52,132 nucleotides of DNA, taken from NCBI GenBank assembly GCA_937143345.1, contig CAKZRD010000004.1, positions 1 to 52,132 of the forward strand, in the 5' to 3' direction. The notes under the pieces were generated by a model. That model was not told the origin of the DNA. It saw only the letters and a program-made list of their open reading frames with translations, and did not search any database. This DNA is from an uncultured archaeon. GTDB lineage: Archaea; Nanobdellota; Nanobdellia; Pacearchaeales; GW2011-AR1. A program made the translations under genes and the position numbers. Every line of letters begins with the position of its first letter. Positions within the stretch are counted from its first letter, which is position 1. Positions 1 to 8,558 of the stretch are shown here, piece by piece.

Positions 1-152
1 TTCCAATATTCTTTTTTACCTCTTGAAGGAGTTCCACCTGCTTTTAATTTTTCTGAAACCTCTTTAACTTTGACAACCTCCCAATCCTTCGGCAGTTCTC
101 CTAATTCTGTTTGTTTGTATTCTTCTGTTTGGAGTGTTTGTTGTGTTGTCAT
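1..152 (-). CDS. hsdS: Type I restriction-modification specificity subunit, N-terminal part (runs off window)
   Basis: Manual translation from ATG at 152 (ATGA overlap with hsdM stop): MTTQQTLQTEEYKQTELGELPKDWEVVKVKEVSEKLKAGGTPSRGKKEYW, the typical HsdS 'ELGELPxxWEVV...GGTPS' start. Not in the ORF track. Confidence 0.9.
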   Translation of the reverse strand, partial: MTTQQTLQTEEYKQTELGELPKDWEVVKVKEVSEKLKAGGTPSRGKKEYW

Positions 153-1672
153 TCTATCTCAAACCCTAACTGCTCCAAGACTTCTTTTAATTTGGTGTCT
201 GCTTTTTGCTGTTCTTCTTTTGCTTCTTTGAGCAATACAACAGCTTCATCTAAAGGCAGAGTTGTATCTTCGCCGTTTGTTGAAACATAACGAGAAGGGC
301 TTAAATTGTAATCATTTTTTACAAGCTCTTCTTTTGTTACAATCTTGCTTATTCCTTTTTTCTCAGTAAAATTTAAGTAAATATCAGAAATCTGTTTTAT
401 TGCTGCATCTGGCAAGAAATTTTTAGGTCTGCCTTTTTCAAAGAGTTTAGAAGCATTAATCATTAAAACTTTATCCTTGTGTTTCTTATCTTTATTGATA
501 ACAAGGATTATTCCTGCTGAAGTTGTGTTATAAAAAAGATTTTCAGGCATTAAAAGAACAGCTTCAACTAAATCATTTTCAACAAATGCTTTTCTTATAT
601 CTCTCTCACGGCTTGAGCCTTCATTTCCAGATCCACGAGAAACTGCTCCAGTATCTAAAACAACTGCCATTCTTCCTTTATCTTTCAAAGAAGCGAACAT
701 ATGCTGAACCCAGCCCCAGTCAGCAGAGCTGTTTGGTGGGAAGCCATAAACAAACCTGTTGAAAGTGTCTGTTTCATAAGTAGATTGCTTGAAAATATTC
801 TGATTCCACATTGGATTTGCAACAACAATGTCAAACTTCATCAAGGAGCCGTCTTTATTTTTGAAAGCAGGCTTATTCATTGTATCGCCAAGGGCAATCT
901 CTGATTCCATCTTATGAATAAATGAGTTCATTCTTGCCATAGCATAAGTTCCATGCAAGACTTCCTGCCCGAAAAACTGCAAAGGCTTTATTTTTTCATC
1001 TTCCCCATATTTTTCTTTAAACTTTAAGAATATCTTAATGAGTAAACCGCCTGAGCCAAGGCAGGGATCGTAAACAAGTTCTCCTTCTTTTGGGTCAAGC
1101 ATATTTGCCATTAGAATTGCAACTTCTTTTGGTGTGTAGAATTCTCCTGCGCTTTGTCCTGAGCCTTCTGCGAATTTTCTGAGCAAATATTCATAAGCTC
1201 TTCCAAGAATGTCTGGCTCTGCATCTTTAAGTCCTATCTTATGTCTATTGAGAACATCAATTAAAGATTTCAATAGTTCATCACTGATTATTCTTTGTCC
1301 TGCGGCAGTTTCATTAAAATCTCTTATGTCTATTACTCCCTGAAGTTTTGGGTTTTCTCTTGCGATTGCTCTAACTGCATCAGTCAAGAATTCTCCAAGC
1401 CTTGTGCTTTGCTTGAAAACTTCCGACCAGCGAGAATTTTTAGGAATGTAAAACCATACAAGAGAATGATCTTCTTCAATTAATTCTTCAGCAGTTTTTT
1501 TATCTCCATACTCTTGTGCAAGTTTTTCAATCTCTTCATCAAAAACATCTGAAAGTCTTTTTAAGAATACTAAAGGTAAAATATAATCTTTGTATTTAGG
1601 AGCATCAACAGGACCCCTGATTTTACAAGCAGCTTCCCAAAGCCAGTTTTCTAAAGTTTTTATATCTAACAT
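149..1672 (-). CDS. hsdM: Type I R-M DNA methyltransferase subunit M
   Basis: LWEAACKIRG N-terminus, GEFYTP, DPCLGSGG (motif I), ANPMW (motif IV variant), YNLSPSRY; coupled to hsdS. Confidence 0.95.
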   Translation of the reverse strand: MLDIKTLENWLWEAACKIRGPVDAPKYKDYILPLVFLKRLSDVFDEEIEKLAQEYGDKKTAEELIEEDHSLVWFYIPKNSRWSEVFKQSTRLGEFLTDAVRAIARENPKLQGVIDIRDFNETAAGQRIISDELLKSLIDVLNRHKIGLKDAEPDILGRAYEYLLRKFAEGSGQSAGEFYTPKEVAILMANMLDPKEGELVYDPCLGSGGLLIKIFLKFKEKYGEDEKIKPLQFFGQEVLHGTYAMARMNSFIHKMESEIALGDTMNKPAFKNKDGSLMKFDIVVANPMWNQNIFKQSTYETDTFNRFVYGFPPNSSADWGWVQHMFASLKDKGRMAVVLDTGAVSRGSGNEGSSRERDIRKAFVENDLVEAVLLMPENLFYNTTSAGIILVINKDKKHKDKVLMINASKLFEKGRPKNFLPDAAIKQISDIYLNFTEKKGISKIVTKEELVKNDYNLSPSRYVSTNGEDTTLPLDEAVVLLKEAKEEQQKADTKLKEVLEQLGFEIE

Positions 1673-1730
1673 TTTATTTATCTCCTTTCTTCTTTAATTC
1701 TTTCAGTTTTTATTTATATAAAAAGCTTTT

Positions 1731-2456
1731 TTATTTCACTTCATAAACAGCCCTAACTCTAGAAGAAATTTTTCTTTTTGAAGGAGAAATATTTGCTTTT
1801 ACAAAAGAAGAAACATCTTCGGAAGAATCTCCTCGCGCTTCGTAAAATCTCCAAGGAGAATATTCAAAACTCTCTTCTATTGAGATTAATCTTCCTAATT
1901 TTTTTCCTTGCCCAGAAACTAATGCCTCTGCTTTTGTTCTTGCATCATGGGAAGCAAGTTTTATCGCTTCTGCTTTTGTTTTCGTTTCAATTCCTTTACT
2001 CAACTCAAAATTTATCCAACCAATGTTAGCCCCAGCTTTCAAAGATTCATCGATAATTTTTCCTATTTCTTTGTTTGAAGAATCAATTTTTATCTCTAAA
2101 GAATGAACAACTTTCCAGCCGTTTGATTTTTTTCCATATCGCGTCCATTCTATATCTTCAAAAATATTAAAAGAATTTGTTTTTATCTCTTCTATTGCGA
2201 GTTTTTTTAAATTTTCAGACAAACTATCATAAATTTCAGAATTTTTTTGATTTGCTTCTTTAGAACTATTCGCAAGCGTTTCAATATTTAAATACAAGGC
2301 AATAATATCAGGTGTAACAGAAATTTCCGCTTCCCCAACAGAAGAAATTGTCGAGGAATTTTTTCCTTTTAATTGAAGAACAGCGAAAACAATTATTCCA
2401 ACTATAATAATAACACTTAAAGAAATTATCAAACTTATCTTGACACTCTTTTCCAT
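1731..2456 (-). CDS. SIMPL (DUF541) domain membrane-anchored protein
   Basis: N-terminal TM, ISSVGEAEISVTPD, AIKLASHDARTKAEALV, LGRLISIEE, VRAVYEVK. Confidence 0.85.
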   Translation of the reverse strand: MEKSVKISLIISLSVIIIVGIIVFAVLQLKGKNSSTISSVGEAEISVTPDIIALYLNIETLANSSKEANQKNSEIYDSLSENLKKLAIEEIKTNSFNIFEDIEWTRYGKKSNGWKVVHSLEIKIDSSNKEIGKIIDESLKAGANIGWINFELSKGIETKTKAEAIKLASHDARTKAEALVSGQGKKLGRLISIEESFEYSPWRFYEARGDSSEDVSSFVKANISPSKRKISSRVRAVYEVK

Positions 2457-2486
2457 TAATATTCAAATAAAAATTTCTTTAAAAAC

Positions 2487-3551
2487 TTATTGATTTTTAT
2501 ATTCCTCAACTTTGTCCTCAAAATAAACCAATTCAATTCCAGCCCTTTCAAACATTTCTTCGCTTTCTTTTGCTGCGTGATATTTTTTTTCACAAACAAC
2601 CCTCTTGATTCCCGAATTTATTATCATCATAGCACAAGTTCTACAAGGAGTCATTTTACAATAAAGAGTAGCACCTTCTATAGAAATTCCAAGTTTTGCT
2701 GCTTGGCAGATAGCATTTTGTTCTGCATGAATAGTTCTTACACAATGTGTTGTAACCTTTCCGTCTTCGTGAATAATTTTTTTAAACAAATGTCCAACTT
2801 CGTCGCAATGTGGAAAACCTTTCGGAGAACCAACATAACCAGCAACTAAAAGATGATTGTTTTTTGCTATAACACAACCGCTTCTTCCCCTATCACATGT
2901 AGCTCTTTTTGCAATCGTCTTACAAACTTCCATAAAATATTCATCCCACGAAGGTCTTTTATAGTTAGTAATTCCCTCTCCACGATTAATCGATTCTTCT
3001 TTTGTCGTTTCTTTTAATAAGATATATTCTACTTTTGTTTTTAATGTCTCAATAGAAGAATCATTTAAAATTAAATAATCCGAATTCTCAAGACAAAGTT
3101 TAACCTGTTGTCCTTCCTCTTTTTCTCCTATTCCAAAATCTCTTTCTTCCATCTTTTTAAATTCTTCAAGTGTTTTCGGGTCACTCTCTCTTTTTCTCGC
3201 CAAAATTCTTTCAAATCTTTTTTCTACAGGAGCATCAACACCGATAATAATCCCATTTTGTTTTTTAATTTCTTGAATTTCTCCCAAATTTCTTATTCCG
3301 TCGATAACAATATCTTTTTTTTCTCTTGCTTCTTTTAAGCATCTTTTAACTAATTCGCCTTTTCCAAATTTTTCTCTTATCTTGTTTCCTATATCTTGCA
3401 AATCTTTAATAGTATAATTGTTAATTCCCATTTCTATCGCTTCTTTTCTAACCTCGTCCGAAGTAGAAAGATAAAAAAAACCTTTTTCTCTTAAAATTTC
3501 CGCCACAATTCCTTTTCCAGCTCCTTTTGTTCCAGTTATTCCGATTATCAT
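2487..3551 (-). CDS. P-loop nucleotide kinase (dephospho-CoA/NMP kinase-like) fused to dCMP deaminase
   Basis: GITGTKGAGKG P-loop and IDGIRN in the N-half; RPSWDEYFM, HAEQNAI and PCRTC Zn motifs in the C-half. Start moved to ATG 3551 (ATGA overlap with nrdG stop). Confidence 0.9.
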   Translation of the reverse strand: MIIGITGTKGAGKGIVAEILREKGFFYLSTSDEVRKEAIEMGINNYTIKDLQDIGNKIREKFGKGELVKRCLKEAREKKDIVIDGIRNLGEIQEIKKQNGIIIGVDAPVEKRFERILARKRESDPKTLEEFKKMEERDFGIGEKEEGQQVKLCLENSDYLILNDSSIETLKTKVEYILLKETTKEESINRGEGITNYKRPSWDEYFMEVCKTIAKRATCDRGRSGCVIAKNNHLLVAGYVGSPKGFPHCDEVGHLFKKIIHEDGKVTTHCVRTIHAEQNAICQAAKLGISIEGATLYCKMTPCRTCAMMIINSGIKRVVCEKKYHAAKESEEMFERAGIELVYFEDKVEEYKNQ

Positions 3552-4255
3552 ACTCTTATTAAAATTTCCTCGCAAAGATTTTCTTTTTCTAATTCTTTCC
3601 TTATATTCTTTAAATAATTTTCTTCTGTGTTTTTTTCTTCTTTAAATTTTTTATCGATATATTTTCCTTCGTTTCTAAAACCTTGCAAACAAAATCTTTT
3701 TATTTTTTTTCCTACAACAGAGTTAATCCATTTGATTTCCTCAATAACGCTTTTCTCTTCGTGAAATTTTTTTAAAATTGTTGTTCTAAATTCATAATCA
3801 TTTAAAGAAGAAATAATCTTCATACTTTCTTCAATTTTATTTAAATCTGCATTAACATTTGTTATTTTTCTATAATCTTCTTTCTTTCCTTTAACATCCA
3901 TTGAAACATAATCAACAAGAGAATTATTAATGAAAAATTTTAGTTTTTCAGGAAAACTTCCATTTGTATCAATTTTTATTTTATAACCAAAAGATTTTAT
4001 TTTTTTTAAAAAATTTTCTTCTAAACTAACTAACGGTTCTCCGCCAGTTATACAAACACCTTCCAATTGACCCTTTCTCTTTTCTAAAAAATTAAATATT
4101 TCATTTAAATCGATGTCAGGAGTTTTTTCTTCTAAGACAAGTTCCGGATTATAACAAAAACTACAACGAAAATTACAGCCGAATAAAAAAATAGTACAAG
4201 CTATTTGTCCCGGATAATCAACCAAAGTTGTTCTCTGTAGATATTTTATTTTCAT
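3548..4255 (-). CDS. nrdG: Anaerobic ribonucleotide reductase activating enzyme (radical SAM)
   Basis: VDYPG, CNFRCSFC (CxxxCxxC), ITGGEP, KIDTNG; in the nrdD operon. Confidence 0.93.
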   Translation of the reverse strand: MKIKYLQRTTLVDYPGQIACTIFLFGCNFRCSFCYNPELVLEEKTPDIDLNEIFNFLEKRKGQLEGVCITGGEPLVSLEENFLKKIKSFGYKIKIDTNGSFPEKLKFFINNSLVDYVSMDVKGKKEDYRKITNVNADLNKIEESMKIISSLNDYEFRTTILKKFHEEKSVIEEIKWINSVVGKKIKRFCLQGFRNEGKYIDKKFKEEKNTEENYLKNIRKELEKENLCEEILIRV

Positions 4256-4374
4256 TCTATTTTGAATTTTGATCTATCAAAAAATTCGGCTCTTTTTCCT
4301 TCATTCCATTGCTCTACTGGGCGAATGTAGCCGCAAATTCTTGAATAGACCTCACATTTTGTCCTCTTTTTCAT
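4252..4374 (-). CDS. Stand-alone NrdD glycyl-radical peptide (40 aa)
   Basis: Manual translation MKKRTKCEVYSRICGYIRPVEQWNEGKRAEFFDRSKFKIE; YSRxxGY glycyl-radical motif; GAGGAGGT just upstream; ATGA overlaps at both ends. Confidence 0.9.
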   Translation of the reverse strand: MKKRTKCEVYSRICGYIRPVEQWNEGKRAEFFDRSKFKIE

Positions 4375-6419
4375 TTTACCTCCTCATTTAATTCGAAAGG
4401 TTCACCTTCGTGATAATCATTTTCCAAGTCACATTTAGGGCAATATTCGTGTTCTCCTTCCAAATAACCATGTATTGGGCAGATAGAAAAACTAGGTGTT
4501 AAAGTAAAATACGGAAGCTTGTAATTTTGGCAAACTTTTTTAACAATATTTCTCGCGGCTTCCCAAGAAATTTTTTCTCCTAAAAAAGCATGAAAAACAG
4601 TTCCGCCAGTGTATTTTGTCTGAAGTTCGTCTTGTAAATCAAGTGCTTCAAACAAATCATCCGTGTAATTAACAGGTAAATGTGTTGAGTTTGTATAGTA
4701 AGGATGCGCATTTTTTTCGCGAATATCTTTTTCATTGGCAACAATTATTTTTCCTCCAAATCTTTTTTTATCTAATCTTGCAAACCTATAAGTTGTTCCT
4801 TCACCAGGTGTCGCTTCTAAATTATAGATATTTCCAGTTTCTTTTTGATATTCTTCTAATTTTAATCTCATAAAATCTAAAACTTTTAAAGCAAATTTTC
4901 TTCCTTTTTCTGTTGCAATGTTTTCTCCAGGCATAAAATTAATTATCGCCTCATTAATTCCAAGCAAACCTATTGTAGAAAAATGATTTTTCCAATATTG
5001 ACCAAAACGCTGTTTAACTTGTCTTAAATAAAACTTGCAATAAGGATAAAGCCCTTGCTCTGTTAGTTTTTCTATAGTTTTTCTTTTTATCTCTAAACTT
5101 TCCTTTGCCAATTCCATTAATTCTTTAACTCTTTTTAGGAAATCTTCTTCATTCGAAGATAAAAAACCTATTCTTGCCATATTTATTGTAACTACGCCGA
5201 TGCTTCCGGTTTGTGGATTAGCTCCAAATAAACCCCCACCCCTCTTTCTTAATTCTGTTTGATCTAACCTTAATCTACAACACATACTTCTCGCATCTTC
5301 TGGATTCATATCTGAGTTTATAAAATTAGAAAAATAAGGAATTCCATATTTCGCAGTCATTTCCCATATAGGTTTATATTCTTCATTTTCCCAATCAAAA
5401 TCTTTTGTGATGTTGTATGTTGGAATAGGAAAAGTAAAAACTCTACCAGCAGCATCTCCTTCAAGCATAGTTTCTGCAAAAGCCTTGTTTATCATTTTCA
5501 TTTCTTTTTCAAAATCCTTATAACATTCTTTTTTTGGAATTCCTCCGATAATTACTGGTTCGTCTTTTATGTAGTTAGGAACTTTTAAATCAAGAGTTAT
5601 ATTTGTAAAAGGTGTTTGAAAACCAACTCTCGTCGGCACAGCTAAATTAAAAATAAATTCTTGCATAATTTGTTTAATACCCTTATAGTCTAAATTATCA
5701 TATCTTGCGAAAGGTGCTAAAAGAGTGTCAAAATTTGAAAATGCTTGTGCACCAGCAGTTTCTCCTTGTAATGTGTAAAAGAAGTTAACAATTTGTCCGA
5801 GAGCTGTTCTTAAATGTTTTGCAGGAGCAGATTGAACTTTTCCCTTAACTCCTTTAAAACCAACACTCAGCAAATCTTTCAAATCCCATCCGACGCAATA
5901 AGCCCCAAGAGTTCCTAAATCATGTATGTGAAAATCCCCATCTTCATGAGCTTTTCTTATACTTTCAGGATAAATTCTCCTCAACCAATAATTTTGAATT
6001 ATTTTCGTTGCGATGTAATTGTTTAAACCTTGTAATGAATAACCCATATTTGAATTTTCTTTAACCATCCAATCATTCATTCCGATGTAATCTTCAACAG
6101 CTTCAATTGTGTCAAAAAGCCCTTTAACATAACGAAGTTCTTCTCTAGATTTTCTATACAAAATGTATGCTTTTGCTGTTTGATCATGTCCCCTTTTAAT
6201 TAAAGTTTCTTCGACAATATTTTGGATATCTTCAACACCAGGAATTCCGTTTTCTCCGAATCTTTCATTAACTTTTTTTACAACTTCTTCTGAAATTTCC
6301 CTTGTTTTTTCTTTATTTTCTCCACCAACAGCACGGACAGCTGCCCAAACAGCATTGAAAATTTTATCTGGATTAAATAAAACAACACTTCCATCTCTTT
6401 TTCTTATTTTTGTTACCAT
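4371..6419 (-). CDS. nrdD: Class III ribonucleoside-triphosphate reductase catalytic subunit lacking C-terminal glycyl-radical segment
   Basis: N-terminal ATP cone, HIHDL, AYC, SMCCRL finger loop, EATPGE, YTGGTVFH, CPIHG..CPKC Zn site. Confidence 0.95.
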   Translation of the reverse strand: MVTKIRKRDGSVVLFNPDKIFNAVWAAVRAVGGENKEKTREISEEVVKKVNERFGENGIPGVEDIQNIVEETLIKRGHDQTAKAYILYRKSREELRYVKGLFDTIEAVEDYIGMNDWMVKENSNMGYSLQGLNNYIATKIIQNYWLRRIYPESIRKAHEDGDFHIHDLGTLGAYCVGWDLKDLLSVGFKGVKGKVQSAPAKHLRTALGQIVNFFYTLQGETAGAQAFSNFDTLLAPFARYDNLDYKGIKQIMQEFIFNLAVPTRVGFQTPFTNITLDLKVPNYIKDEPVIIGGIPKKECYKDFEKEMKMINKAFAETMLEGDAAGRVFTFPIPTYNITKDFDWENEEYKPIWEMTAKYGIPYFSNFINSDMNPEDARSMCCRLRLDQTELRKRGGGLFGANPQTGSIGVVTINMARIGFLSSNEEDFLKRVKELMELAKESLEIKRKTIEKLTEQGLYPYCKFYLRQVKQRFGQYWKNHFSTIGLLGINEAIINFMPGENIATEKGRKFALKVLDFMRLKLEEYQKETGNIYNLEATPGEGTTYRFARLDKKRFGGKIIVANEKDIREKNAHPYYTNSTHLPVNYTDDLFEALDLQDELQTKYTGGTVFHAFLGEKISWEAARNIVKKVCQNYKLPYFTLTPSFSICPIHGYLEGEHEYCPKCDLENDYHEGEPFELNEEVK

Positions 6420-6420
6420 C

Positions 6421-6834
6421 TTATTGAACTATTTTTTCTAAGTTATTTAGTATTCCAGAATATCTTTTCTCTTCTTCTGTTAAAAAAGTTCTTCCTAACC
6501 ATTTAAAGATATAATCAACTATAGAGTTTGCTTTAGGGATTTCTTCATTGCCAGTATATCCGCTAGGTTCAAAGTAGGTATTTGAAAATTTTCTTACTAG
6601 CTCTTTAAGTGGAACACCATATTGCAAACAAAGAGAGATAGCGATTCCGAAAGAGTCCATTACACCCCCAAGAGTACTTCCTTCTTTTGCCATAGTTATA
6701 AAAATTTCTCCAGGTTTTCCATCTTCATAAAGACCAACATTTAGATAACCTTCATACCCACCGATAGAAAATTTATGGATTAGCGAATTTCTTGTTGTAG
6801 GCAATCTTCTTCTGTAAACCTCTTCCTCATCCAT
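6421..6834 (-). CDS. Stand-alone TSCPD domain protein (homologous to class II RNR NrdJ C-terminal region)
   Basis: RRRLP..HKFSIGG.EGYL.VGLYEDG.PGEIFITMAKEGST..LQYGVPL..FEPSG..SIVDYIF matches the NrdJ C-terminal/TSCPD region. Confidence 0.85.
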   Translation of the reverse strand: MDEEEVYRRRLPTTRNSLIHKFSIGGYEGYLNVGLYEDGKPGEIFITMAKEGSTLGGVMDSFGIAISLCLQYGVPLKELVRKFSNTYFEPSGYTGNEEIPKANSIVDYIFKWLGRTFLTEEEKRYSGILNNLEKIVQ

Positions 6835-7282
6835 TTTTTAATCTGATTAAATTTTTTAATTCTTCTTTAAAATCTTCAATATCGGCGAATTCTCTATAAA
6901 CAGAAGCAAATCTTATATATGAAATTTTGTCTAATTTTTTTAGTTTTTTCATCACAATTTCTCCTATTTTTTTTGATTCTATTTCTTTACCCTTAGAGAT
7001 TTTATAAACTTCAGATTCTATTTCAGAAACAATTTTTTCTACTTGTTCAGAACTTATTTGCCTTTTTTCAATCGCTTTTTCTATTCCTTTTTTTACTTTT
7101 CCAATATCAAAATCCTGTCTAGAACCATCTTTTTTTATAACTTTTAATTCGACTTCTATTCTCTCGTATGTTGTGAACCTTTTTTTACATTTAAGACACT
7201 CCCGTCTTCTTCTTGTTATATTTTTTATGTCTCTTTTATCAACAACTCTTGTTTCTTCATGTTGGCAAAAAGGGCATTTCAT
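6827..7282 (-). CDS. nrdR: Transcriptional repressor NrdR
   Basis: MKCPFC..RRRREC..CKKRFTTYE Zn ribbon, ATP cone, YIRFASVYREF. Confidence 0.97.
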   Translation of the reverse strand: MKCPFCQHEETRVVDKRDIKNITRRRRECLKCKKRFTTYERIEVELKVIKKDGSRQDFDIGKVKKGIEKAIEKRQISSEQVEKIVSEIESEVYKISKGKEIESKKIGEIVMKKLKKLDKISYIRFASVYREFADIEDFKEELKNLIRLKNG

Positions 7283-7294
7283 TTTTTTTAATAA

Positions 7295-7342
7295 CTACAA
7301 TATGTTATGTTTATTTATCTTTTTACACACAATATATTGCGT
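7295..7342. promoter_or_regulatory. Tandem NrdR boxes
   Basis: CTACAATATGTTATGT (7295-7310) and ACACAATATATTGCGT (7327-7342) resemble acaCwAtATaTwGtgt; starts are 32 bp apart, directly upstream of the nrdR operon. Confidence 0.85.
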
Positions 7343-7442
7343 TTTGAAAAACTTCTTTATAAATCTTTGTTACTACTCTTTTTTAAAATTTAAATTTTTC
7401 ACTAATAAAAAACATTTTAAAAGACATTTTCTTTTATTTTTT

Positions 7443-8558
7443 ATGAATAAAAAAGAAATTTTAGCATATAATTTTGACGCTTCTCAAAAAGAAGGTAAAT
7501 TGAATAAAGTTTATTTGCCACAAACAATAGAAGAAGTTAAGAAAATTGTAAAAAAAGAAAAAAATTTAACTTTACGTGGCGGGGGAACAGGTTTAGTAGG
7601 TGGCAGTGTTCCGCAAGGGGATTCTATTCTGGATTTATCAAAACTAAACAAAATATTGGAATTAAACAAAGAAAAGAAAACAATTTTAGTTGAAGTAGGA
7701 GTTATTTTAGATGAATTACAAAAGTATTTAGATAAATATAGTTTAGAGTTCCCTTTAAATCCTTCTTCCCATTCAATTTGTACTATTGGTGGAATGATAG
7801 CAACAAATGCCGTCGGAACAAGAGCAATAAAATATGGTAAAACCGGAGATTGGGTAAGATGGATTGAAGTAGTTAATTTTAAAGGAGAGTTAATAAGAAT
7901 TCCAAAAACGGATTTAAAAGATTATGTTGGGATGGAAGGAATAACAGGAGTTATAGTAAGGGCGTGCCTTCAATTAATAGAGGGAAAAAAAAGATATGTC
8001 GAGATCTTTTATTTTGATAAATATGAAGATATTATTCAAAAAGTTAAGGAACTAAAGCAAAGGAGTAATATTTCAGCTATAGAGTTTTTTGATAAAAAAA
8101 TTTCTAATTTTTTAGGATTAGGAAAAGTTTATTCTTTAATAGTAGAGTTTGAAGAAGAAGCAAAAGACAAAGAAAAATTAAAGAAAAGCGAGGAAATTTA
8201 TTATGTAAGAGATTCTCTTTTTCCGAAACTAGCGTCCGAAGGATATTATTTAATTGAAGATCCGAAAATAATGCTTGAAAAATCTTTATTTTTAGTCGAA
8301 TGGCTAGAAAAAAAAGAAATTCCATTCTATGCTCATATTTCGGTTGGAATTTTTCATCCTTGTTTTTCTAAAGAAAAAGAACATTTAATTAGCGATATGA
8401 TGTCTCTTGTTAAAAAGAACTTCGGGCAAATAACCGGAGAACACGGAATCGGTTTATTAAAAAAATCTTTTTTAGATCCAAATGATAAAAAACTTTTTGA
8501 GTCGATAAAAAAACGCCTTGACCCATTAAATAAATTCAATAAAAATAAAATAGTATGA
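7443..8558 (+). CDS. FAD-binding oxidoreductase (GlcD/D-lactate dehydrogenase family)
   Basis: RGGGTGLVGG, CTIGGMIATNA, GMEGITGVI, ITGEHGIG, LDPLNKFN. Start set to ATG 7443; the longer track start overlaps nrdR. Confidence 0.9.
   Translation: MNKKEILAYNFDASQKEGKLNKVYLPQTIEEVKKIVKKEKNLTLRGGGTGLVGGSVPQGDSILDLSKLNKILELNKEKKTILVEVGVILDELQKYLDKYSLEFPLNPSSHSICTIGGMIATNAVGTRAIKYGKTGDWVRWIEVVNFKGELIRIPKTDLKDYVGMEGITGVIVRACLQLIEGKKRYVEIFYFDKYEDIIQKVKELKQRSNISAIEFFDKKISNFLGLGKVYSLIVEFEEEAKDKEKLKKSEEIYYVRDSLFPKLASEGYYLIEDPKIMLEKSLFLVEWLEKKEIPFYAHISVGIFHPCFSKEKEHLISDMMSLVKKNFGQITGEHGIGLLKKSFLDPNDKKLFESIKKRLDPLNKFNKNKIV

Noticed and set aside
3552-3700. AvcI-like antitoxin RNA upstream of the kinase-deaminase
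   Set aside because: No intergenic space; the gene is ATGA-coupled to nrdG.
4330-4373. UGA read-through or selenocysteine at the nrdD stop
   Set aside because: In-frame read-through gives KRGQNVRSIQEFAATFAQ then TAG; the glycyl motif is in another frame.
7173-7442. N-terminal extensions in the ORF track (also at 11895, 16993, 32027, 39718, 3575)
   Set aside because: They overlap neighbouring genes or promoters and have non-protein-like sequence; downstream ATGs fit the family starts.
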